Source: a virus. Taken from it: a stretch of 64,000 nucleotides of DNA. The DNA lies in the IMG/VR virus record IMGVR_UViG_3300042465_006864, positions 32,001 through 96,000 of that record. The stretch is one strand, 5' to 3'. The translations under genes and the position numbers were made by a program. The notes under the pieces are model-generated. The model saw only the letters and a program-made list of their open reading frames with translations. It was not told where the DNA came from and made no database searches. Shown in pieces: positions 56,527-64,000 of the stretch; the first letter of the stretch is position 1; each line of letters begins with the position of its first letter.

Positions 56527-57495
56527 TTAAACTACACCTGTGTCGAAAAGAATATGCACTTTTCTCAGCGGCAGAGCTAGGTCGCTAAATTGTTGCGTGT
56601 TGTTGATTCGAATAGAAGCTGTTCCGCTATTACCATCATTGCTGGATAGAACAGTGTAGCTATCCATTATTTCATTTGGAATTATTTGCTGTAAAGTGTT
56701 GCCAGCGGTATAACTAAAATTTGCAAATGGATCGGGTGTCATTTGTCCAGCTCCTGATGTTAGTGTTAATTGACCATTGAGCCATTTTACATTATATAGC
56801 TGTGTAGCACCAGCAGTTTTTGATGGAATTGTAACAGTTTGATAACTGCCACCTGTAAATGCTACTCCAGAAATACTTAATGTTCCATAACTAGACGCTC
56901 CAGCCCTATTTACTTGCGTTAAATACCAACTAGCGTTTCTAGTTTGATTAAATTGAATTGGAACGGTAATATTAGAAGAGTCGCCGCTAAAAACATAAGT
57001 AGCGCCTGGAGTTAAATAAATGGGACTGACTTCTCCTGGATTAAAAGTTGTAGAATCTATTAAAGCTGATTCTGGCTGTTCAAACTGTATATCTAATATA
57101 GAGGAATTAGCGTTACCAGATCCAGTACTAAGAATATAATAAGTTCCTTCGAAAGTATTCCATCCAATTGCCCAAAAACCTCCAGAAGTATATGAGCATT
57201 GTGCAGCACCGTTGTTGGGAAGATTGTTTCCGCTCCAATTGTTTCCACTTCCACTTATTGTTATGAAATCATCTACAGTATCATAGTCTAAAAAAACTTG
57301 ATCGAATGGAGACGTAACTGCTTCTGGAGGATTGATCATCAAGCCATTTGGCATTCCAGTAAATGTAATTATTCCATCACTTATTAACAAATCACTAATT
57401 CCGCCGTAAATGGGAACATATTCGTATGGTTGGATTGGAGCAACTGGGAAGTCTCCAGTTTGTGTAAATTCTGCGTAGTTTATATATCTTGGCAT
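56527..57495 (-). CDS. putative virion structural protein
   Basis: 322 aa, G/S/T/N-rich, downstream of the tail tube gene. Confidence 0.65.
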   Translation of the reverse strand: MPRYINYAEFTQTGDFPVAPIQPYEYVPIYGGISDLLISDGIITFTGMPNGLMINPPEAVTSPFDQVFLDYDTVDDFITISGSGNNWSGNNLPNNGAAQCSYTSGGFWAIGWNTFEGTYYILSTGSGNANSSILDIQFEQPESALIDSTTFNPGEVSPIYLTPGATYVFSGDSSNITVPIQFNQTRNASWYLTQVNRAGASSYGTLSISGVAFTGGSYQTVTIPSKTAGATQLYNVKWLNGQLTLTSGAGQMTPDPFANFSYTAGNTLQQIIPNEIMDSYTVLSSNDGNSGTASIRINNTQQFSDLALPLRKVHILFDTGVV

Positions 57496-57648
57496 ATTTT
57501 TTGTTTTTTTTTGTTTGGTTTTTAGCCCTTCTGAATAAAAAGGAGGTTCTGTCTCCAGAACCCCCTCTTTTTTTTAATTTTTATGCGAATGCGCCGACAA
57601 TATCAAATGAACTAATATAAGTTGGAGCAGGAGGTTCAGAAGGGCTAC

Positions 57649-58758
57649 TTAAAAAGGGGCTGTTGTAAAGCTCCCGCTCATCTGAATACCGTTGTCTGTG
57701 TCGTTAGCACCACCGATTTGAGTTGTGAATGTAAAGTCGGAGGTTTTATTCGAACCAATCGAGCTAGAAACACTAGCAGAATCAAGCTGCGCACGTTTGA
57801 TGACGTATTGAACAGCGAGTGTATTGCTTCCTGGCTTCTTGACAGAAATTACTACGTCTTGTTTAGGATTTGCATTGACCAAATCAACAAGATTTCCGCC
57901 AGCAGTTTCGTTTTGCACACCATTCAAGGTGAGTGTTGCAGTTACAGGGAAGTCAACTGTTCTAGCGAACGCGAATTTAGAACCAAGACGTTCAATTGGA
58001 GTTCTTCCAAGAGGAAGAGATAAACTTGCGCTTTGAATGTGCGCACCATCAGTGCCGCCAAGTTTGGAAATCAAACCACTGCCGCTCCAGATGCCGAAGT
58101 CAATAGTGACATCACCAGGACGAAGAGCAGTAACCACATTAGCTCCAGTAAAGCTATCGGGTTCTTTCAAGCGGATAACGGAATTAAGTGCAGTTCCAGA
58201 TTCTTGATTGATAGCAACAGAAGTTCCCGAATTAGTTCCACTGAAAGTAAAGGCGTTCATGTTAGCGCCTTCAAAGCTAACAGTAGCAGTAGGAATGCTG
58301 CCAACTGCCAACTCAATCGAGTAATCAGTAAGATAAGCGTTACCAACACCAATGCAACCTTTACCGCTCAAGCTGGATGCGCCAGAGAAGTTGTTAAGGT
58401 CAGTACCTTCGTTACTGGTTACGATATAAAGGTTTCTTCCGCTTCCATCTTGAACGTGACCAGACGGGAACTGTGAGAATGTTTGAGCGCCAGTAGCAAC
58501 ATAGAAACCGAGAGCAGCTTCATTTTGACCATCAGTGATATAGTAGCTCATGTCCATCGACACAGTAGGAGATTCCAGAACGATAGAGTCGATACGAGCC
58601 AACTCACCATATTGGTTAACATCCTGACGAGCGATGTTGAAATTGTAGTTCGCGGATTGTACGCGAGAAAGCTGGGCGTGATCACCGCTGCCAGTAGAGG
58701 TAGCTTCTTTGCTGATATATACGCCTTCCGATTGATAAATGATTCGATTTCTTGCCAT
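57649..58758 (-). CDS. major tail tube protein
   Basis: MARNRIIYQS...RVQSANYNFNIARQDVNQYG...PTVSMDMSYY; beta-rich; lies in the neck/tail block. Confidence 0.7.
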   Translation of the reverse strand: MARNRIIYQSEGVYISKEATSTGSGDHAQLSRVQSANYNFNIARQDVNQYGELARIDSIVLESPTVSMDMSYYITDGQNEAALGFYVATGAQTFSQFPSGHVQDGSGRNLYIVTSNEGTDLNNFSGASSLSGKGCIGVGNAYLTDYSIELAVGSIPTATVSFEGANMNAFTFSGTNSGTSVAINQESGTALNSVIRLKEPDSFTGANVVTALRPGDVTIDFGIWSGSGLISKLGGTDGAHIQSASLSLPLGRTPIERLGSKFAFARTVDFPVTATLTLNGVQNETAGGNLVDLVNANPKQDVVISVKKPGSNTLAVQYVIKRAQLDSASVSSSIGSNKTSDFTFTTQIGGANDTDNGIQMSGSFTTAPF

Positions 58759-58812
58759 AAGTGTTTATCTTTACTTTGTTTACATCAACAATAAAAAAAA
58801 GAGAAAAAAAAA

Positions 58813-59661
58813 TTACAAACGATGAACCCTTTGCTGGTGAATCTCAAAATCAATAAATCCAATAAACAAGTCATTCGATAAAGACTTTCTAGCTTTGTCG
58901 CTTAATTTGGATGTTACGACATCTTCAATGAAGAAAAGTGGTTCGCTGTTGTATTGGTTTTTTAATGAATCATAAGAATAAGTGCCGTTTTTAACATCTC
59001 CATATTCAGTGGTTGGATTGCCAGAGAATGGTATTGTCGGGAAGACCTCGTTGAAACTATCCGCAAAAATAGAAAGTGCGCCATCCAGTTGATAAGAGTT
59101 TTCTGCCATTACTACTGCTTTCATTTGTATTTTAGTAGTGTCTTCGCCGCCAAAAGAAAATGGTGCATTGTTGATTGATTGACTCGACAAGAAGATAGCT
59201 GGCACGACATTATCGTATGGCTCAATATAAGATGCAGCCGCAGAAAAAACACGAGAGTTAGGTGTGTATTTTTTGTCTACGATCAAATCTTCTTCTCCAT
59301 CATTAGTAAAGTAGATGTTGAAATCCTTTACCGCGAAAGAACCAGAAACAGATGCTGTAGAAGCTGCGCCACTAATTAATGCTCGACCGTTATTAAAATC
59401 TAAAAGAAGTGAAGAACTTCGCGGATGAAAAGTTCCGCCAACATAAACGCCAGATGGAACAGTTGCGCCAGCGATAGATGAATCATTCACCCATTGTTTA
59501 TATGGACTGCCGAAAGCCTTGAAGCGATCATCGAGGCGATCATCGGCATAGTAATAGAATGAGCCGCTTTTGTTAGAATAGGCTTGACCTTTTTTCAGCA
59601 GGTAGTTGTCAAACCACAGCATGAAAGAGTTTGTTGCTTTGTGTTGGAATTGTTCGATCAT
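58813..59661 (-). CDS. putative tail completion/terminator protein
   Basis: Position upstream of the tube gene; VPAIFL...PFSFGG. Confidence 0.55.
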   Translation of the reverse strand: MIEQFQHKATNSFMLWFDNYLLKKGQAYSNKSGSFYYYADDRLDDRFKAFGSPYKQWVNDSSIAGATVPSGVYVGGTFHPRSSSLLLDFNNGRALISGAASTASVSGSFAVKDFNIYFTNDGEEDLIVDKKYTPNSRVFSAAASYIEPYDNVVPAIFLSSQSINNAPFSFGGEDTTKIQMKAVVMAENSYQLDGALSIFADSFNEVFPTIPFSGNPTTEYGDVKNGTYSYDSLKNQYNSEPLFFIEDVVTSKLSDKARKSLSNDLFIGFIDFEIHQQRVHRL

Positions 59662-59664
59662 TGA

Positions 59665-60267
59665 TTATTTAAGATTTAATTGTGACGATTTGATTGAAGA
59701 AAATTGTTTGATATATTTTTGTATAAATGTGGATATGTATTGAGTTCGCTTGAAGGTTCCGCTTTTTACTTTTTTAGTAGATTGAACTCCAGCAGTTGAT
59801 CTTCCAACATCGCTTTTTGCAATGTAAAAGCCAAGCCCAGAAATTCCACCTTCAATACCTTTTGCCCAACTGCGTCCAGATGCCCATGGCATTGGTGTGG
59901 CGCTAAAAATAGATGCGGCAGATGGAATCGTAATAGTAACAAGATGATCCGCTCCTTCACGAATTACAATAGACGAAGATTCCAAAAGATCCAAAATAGG
60001 CTCGATAGGTTTATCTGACCGCTCAAATCCTATAAAACCAAAAAGATTGCCTCTGCCAGCTAATGTGCCAGAAATGTTTGGAGAATCTGAGCCTCCCATA
60101 ATCTCTTGAGTAACTGGCAAGCTCAAAAAGTCGCGAATCATTTGCTCTTTGATTATGTTAAACTCTCTTTGAATTGATTCATAGACTTGCGATTGCAAAA
60201 CCTTTGCGGAGTCTTTGCGAGCTTTTTTAAGAACAGATTGAGGGATTATGGGATTGCCAATTTTCAT
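59665..60267 (-). CDS. putative neck protein
   Basis: Basic 200-aa ORF in the neck block. Confidence 0.55.
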   Translation of the reverse strand: MKIGNPIIPQSVLKKARKDSAKVLQSQVYESIQREFNIIKEQMIRDFLSLPVTQEIMGGSDSPNISGTLAGRGNLFGFIGFERSDKPIEPILDLLESSSIVIREGADHLVTITIPSAASIFSATPMPWASGRSWAKGIEGGISGLGFYIAKSDVGRSTAGVQSTKKVKSGTFKRTQYISTFIQKYIKQFSSIKSSQLNLK

Positions 60268-60725
60268 TATTCGTCGATAGGTGTCAACAGAAATTCATAG
60301 TATTGATTACTAAACAAACCAATGGGATTACCATCACTGCGGATAGAGAATGTAATGCCGTCAAATTCAACCTTGCGAGCTTCTCTAATAAACAAATAGC
60401 CTCTAGGATCAACAACGATTTTTACAGAACCATTCGGCATGATAATTTTATTTTGGGAATCAGTGCCAGCAGAAGAGTTTTGGAAAAATTCTTCATCCAT
60501 CTTTAGATAGTAAATGCGAGCTGAGAATGTTGCAGATACTGTTTGATATTCAGATGTATTTGTTGCGCCAGAATTACCATAAATAGCGTTGAATGAAGGG
60601 GAGCTGGCAATAGCTACTCTTTTTGCATTTTTATAAACAGTAATTTCGCGGGAAAAAGTATCATGTAGATCAGCAAGTCTAAGACTGACCCTATCCATGA
60701 GTTTTTGGTTAATTAAACTTGGCAT
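60267..60725 (-). CDS. putative head-closure protein
   Basis: 152 aa, beta-rich; GTGTAA 8 nt upstream. Confidence 0.55.
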   Translation of the reverse strand: MPSLINQKLMDRVSLRLADLHDTFSREITVYKNAKRVAIASSPSFNAIYGNSGATNTSEYQTVSATFSARIYYLKMDEEFFQNSSAGTDSQNKIIMPNGSVKIVVDPRGYLFIREARKVEFDGITFSIRSDGNPIGLFSNQYYEFLLTPIDE

Positions 60726-60766
60726 ATTGAAATTTACACTTTTTTTTCTATTATAAAATAGATAAA

Positions 60767-61054
60767 ATGGACGCTAACCACTACTTATTAAAGCAACACA
60801 AGAAAGAAGTCACAGCTTTATTCAAGAATTACTTGAAAATTTTAGAGGACATGAAAGCTGATCACGACTTTCATTATAACAAGCTTTATGAGCTAATTCC
60901 AGAAGAACATCACGTTATTATTACTGCCGCAAATCACTTTACCAATGAAAAGTTGAATTGGATTCGCAAAAGAATACTTGATGGTGGCAACGAGTCTCTT
61001 AGAAATTTCACCGAAGAAATGGAAAACTATTCTGTTTCATTTATATTTAAATAA
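60767..61054 (+). CDS. hypothetical protein
   Basis: ORF. Confidence 0.65.
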   Translation: MDANHYLLKQHKKEVTALFKNYLKILEDMKADHDFHYNKLYELIPEEHHVIITAANHFTNEKLNWIRKRILDGGNESLRNFTEEMENYSVSFIFK

Positions 61055-61059
61055 CAAGT

Positions 61060-61821
61060 ATGGAAAAAGGTTTTAAAGAATTGTACAGTTTCTCTGTTGA
61101 TAGAGAAGTGGAAAAGGAAGTTAGCTCGACTAAAAAAGACAAAAAAACAGGCGAAGAAATTACCGTGACTAAAAAAGTCAAGGAAAAAGAGCCTCTTGCA
61201 GTCAAAATTAAAAAGCCATCTCGCCGCGAATTAGAAGATGCTGAACTTGAGTTTAGCGTTGAAATGAGCAAATGCATCAAAAAAGGTATTCTTACTAAAG
61301 CGATGTTGGCAAAAAAATATAGCGATACTGGCGGTCTAATGAGTGAAGATGACGCTCAAGAGTTGGTAGATAACTATAAAAAGATTTTTGAATTGCAGTC
61401 CGATTATTCGAGACTAGAAATCATTCAAAACAAAACAGAGAAACAAACGAAAAGAGTCGATGAAATTATCGAAGAGCTTCAAGCAGTTCGCCGCAAGATC
61501 GTAGAAACAGAGTCGAATTATCAAGCGCTGTTCGATCATACTGCTGATGTAAAAGCTCAGAACAGACTTATTCTTTGGTATGTTATCATGCTTACCTATA
61601 TTCAAGGAGTTGATGATGAAAATCCAACACCTTATTTTGGATCGGGAGATTTTGACGACAAACTTGCGGAATATTACAAGAAAGAAGAATCCGACGATTC
61701 TCTCTATTTCTTGATTACCAAAAAAGCTGCAACAATTTTGGCGTTCTGGTTCTTCAATCAAGCTTCTGATAAAGATTCATTCGACGACCTAATGAAGCGA
61801 GTCGAAAGTAATGAACTCTAA
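61060..61821 (+). CDS. putative tail assembly chaperone
   Basis: Charged helical ORF two genes upstream of the tape measure. Confidence 0.55.
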   Translation: MEKGFKELYSFSVDREVEKEVSSTKKDKKTGEEITVTKKVKEKEPLAVKIKKPSRRELEDAELEFSVEMSKCIKKGILTKAMLAKKYSDTGGLMSEDDAQELVDNYKKIFELQSDYSRLEIIQNKTEKQTKRVDEIIEELQAVRRKIVETESNYQALFDHTADVKAQNRLILWYVIMLTYIQGVDDENPTPYFGSGDFDDKLAEYYKKEESDDSLYFLITKKAATILAFWFFNQASDKDSFDDLMKRVESNEL

Positions 61822-61823
61822 TT

Positions 61824-62792
61824 GTGACTGAAGAGGAATACATTGGAATCGTTGGAGAAATATTTGATGGCTATACAGACATAACTTTTCAAGGAAAGAC
61901 TGTATACATCAAGCATTTCTCTATTCGAGACCAACGATATATCCACAGATTTTACAACAAATACAAATCAATTGCAGAATCCAAGGGCATCCCCTCAGAA
62001 GAGGAGATGCTCAATTCTTTGCGCGAAGATGGATTATGGAGCGATAACGATGATCGCAAAATTGTAGAACTTGAACAAGAGATGGAAGGTTTAAGAGGCG
62101 CGAAAAGAAACTCATTCCTACCATCGCAGAAAAAACATATTCAAGAAACTCTTGAGGCTAAGCAGAAAGAGCTTTATTTCTTGTTTAATAAAAAAGCAGA
62201 ACTTGTAGGAAAGACATCTGAACGCTATGGTTCTCAGCGATCCAATGAGGAGTTTATTCGTTATTTGATTTATGCTGATCCGCAATGTTCCCGACATTTT
62301 TTTACAGACGAGCAGTTTTCCAATCTATCAGAAGAAGAGCTGGAGTTTTTTGTAAAAGAAAACGATCACATTAGTCATAGGCTCAATGAGTCAAACATAC
62401 AACATGTAGTATTACGCGATTTCTTCAATATGTATATGTCGCAAACAGAAGATGTTTCTGCATTTTACGGCAAAGCAATTATTGAACTTTCTGTTTACCA
62501 ATTGAAACTAGCAATTTATGCGCGTATTTTCTTCAACATGTTCCAATATAACGAAGACATTCCTGAAAGAATGAAAAAAGACCCAGAAGCAATTTTCGAC
62601 TTCGTTGAAAGAAAGAAGGGCAATAATAAAGCAAATGTCAATACTGAAAAAGGAGCTTCAGCAGTCTTCGGTGCTACAAAAGAAGACTTAGAAGCTATTG
62701 ATCCAAATGCGAGAGCAATTAGTTTATCCGATGAAATTGCAAAAAGCGGTGGCGTAATGAATATGGATCAATTGATAGAATTAATGGGCTAG
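61824..62792 (+). CDS. putative tail assembly chaperone 2
   Basis: ORF immediately upstream of the tape measure. Confidence 0.55.
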   Translation: MTEEEYIGIVGEIFDGYTDITFQGKTVYIKHFSIRDQRYIHRFYNKYKSIAESKGIPSEEEMLNSLREDGLWSDNDDRKIVELEQEMEGLRGAKRNSFLPSQKKHIQETLEAKQKELYFLFNKKAELVGKTSERYGSQRSNEEFIRYLIYADPQCSRHFFTDEQFSNLSEEELEFFVKENDHISHRLNESNIQHVVLRDFFNMYMSQTEDVSAFYGKAIIELSVYQLKLAIYARIFFNMFQYNEDIPERMKKDPEAIFDFVERKKGNNKANVNTEKGASAVFGATKEDLEAIDPNARAISLSDEIAKSGGVMNMDQLIELMG

Positions 62793-62834
62793 TCAATAGA
62801 CTTTTGGTGTAATCCTTTATAGGAAAAAGGAGCC

Positions 62835-64000
62835 ATGTCACAGTCTATTCAATTACAAGTTACTCAGGTCGGATTAGAGCAAAGTATCGCCGCTGCAATG
62901 AAGCGTGTAGGTAGTTCTTCGCAGATTAACTTAGGGACAAGCTCAAAGCAAATTAACGCATTGAGCCAACCATTGGGCAGGATCACTGGTCAGGCAGACG
63001 AGTTCTCTAAATCCATGGCAGCAGCAAATGCCCGTGTTTTGGCATTCGGAGCTTCTGCTGGTATTATCGCAGGTGTGTCTTCGGCAATGTCTGGGCTTTT
63101 GGCTAGTACTATTAAGGTAGAAAAAAGTCTAGTAGAAATTAGCACCGTCTTAAATAAGACTGGTTCGGAACTTGACAAGTTTGGTCAAGATATTTTTAAC
63201 GTGGCGAAAAATACTGGCAAATCGTTTGACGAAGTTGCTAAAGGTGCATTAGAATTGGCTCGCCAAGGTTTAAGCGCAGAAGATACTCTTACTCGATTGA
63301 ACGATGCTTTGATTCTATCAAGACTTTCTGGATTAGATGCTACGCAATCTGTTGAGGGTTTGACCGCTGCATTCAACTCTTTCAAGAAATCTGGAATCAC
63401 AACAGCAGAAATCCTAAATAAAGTTGTGGCTGCTTCTCAAAAATATGCAGTATCGGAAAAAGATATTATTGAAGGTCTCAAGCGATCTGCTTCAGTTGCT
63501 AATTTAGCTGGTGTTTCGTTTGAAGAGTTAGCGGCTGTTATCACAGCAGTTCAAGAAAAAACCGCTAGAGGTGGTGCTGTTATCGGTAACGCTTTTAAAA
63601 CAATTTTTAGCAGAATACAAGATAAGACTGTTTTGTCTGATTTAGATGAAATGGGTATTGCTGTGACCGACCTAGCAAATGGGGAGGTATTGCCAGCGTT
63701 AAAAATATTAGAAAACTTGGCTAAAAAAATGGAAGGCTTTTCTCAAATTGAGCAAGCGGATATTGCCAAAAAACTAGGTGGTGTATATCAATTAGATAAG
63801 TTGCTAGCTGCATTAAGTGACCTTTCTGATGAAGCATCGGTTACAACAGGAGCTTTAAATGCCATGGAAAAAGCTGGAAATTCAGCATATCAGAAAAATG
63901 CAGTTCTTAATCAAACTCTAGCAGCATTATTAAATAAAGTTGCCGTAAGTGCTGAACAGCTTGGCGCAAAACTTGGTGAAATTGGCGTAACAGATAACTT
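62835..64000 (+). CDS. tail tape measure protein, TP901 family (runs off window end)
   Basis: Not in the ORF track. Manual translation MSQSIQLQV...AANARVLAFGAS...ELARQGLS...KTARGGAVIGNAFKTIFSRI. Confidence 0.88.
   Translation, partial: MSQSIQLQVTQVGLEQSIAAAMKRVGSSSQINLGTSSKQINALSQPLGRITGQADEFSKSMAAANARVLAFGASAGIIAGVSSAMSGLLASTIKVEKSLVEISTVLNKTGSELDKFGQDIFNVAKNTGKSFDEVAKGALELARQGLSAEDTLTRLNDALILSRLSGLDATQSVEGLTAAFNSFKKSGITTAEILNKVVAASQKYAVSEKDIIEGLKRSASVANLAGVSFEELAAVITAVQEKTARGGAVIGNAFKTIFSRIQDKTVLSDLDEMGIAVTDLANGEVLPALKILENLAKKMEGFSQIEQADIAKKLGGVYQLDKLLAALSDLSDEASVTTGALNAMEKAGNSAYQKNAVLNQTLAALLNKVAVSAEQLGAKLGEIGVTDN

Noticed and set aside
61700-61830. Programmed -1 frameshift between the tail chaperone genes
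   Set aside because: The -1 frame has a TGA at 61812-14, and no slippery heptamer lies between it and the upstream stop.
1-64000. Alternative genetic code (stop-codon reassignment)
   Set aside because: Core genes are intact and densely packed under the standard code, and no suppressor tRNA is seen.

Overview
This 64-kb window is part of a large, AT-rich tailed dsDNA phage genome. It is probably a siphovirus: tail tube and TP901-type tape measure genes are present and no sheath gene is seen. The host cannot be determined from the sequence. Layout: (i) 1-32 kb is an early/middle accessory region with an RNA ligase, rIIB/rIIA, UvsE, phosphoesterases, three YopX genes, two HNH genes, 7 tRNAs, a glycosyltransferase, a solo RuvB-like ATPase and an iteron-like repeat cluster. 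(ii) 32.1-42.6 kb is a minus-strand array of small self-promoted genes separated by ten copies of an 87-bp dyad-symmetric element. (iii) 42.9-64 kb is the late region: PhoH, a sigma factor, an ERCC4 nuclease, terminase, portal, protease/scaffold, capsid, neck and tail genes, and the start of the tape measure. The best novel-system candidate is the cassette array. Each element has two palindromic arms around a central hairpin whose C-GNA-G triloop occurs in both orientations among copies, and integron-like CTAAC/GTTAG boxes flank it. Also notable are three unexplained structured RNAs (16.4, 21.7 and 24.2 kb) and a two-class, largely leaderless promoter architecture. All family assignments come from motifs recognised by eye; no searches were run.
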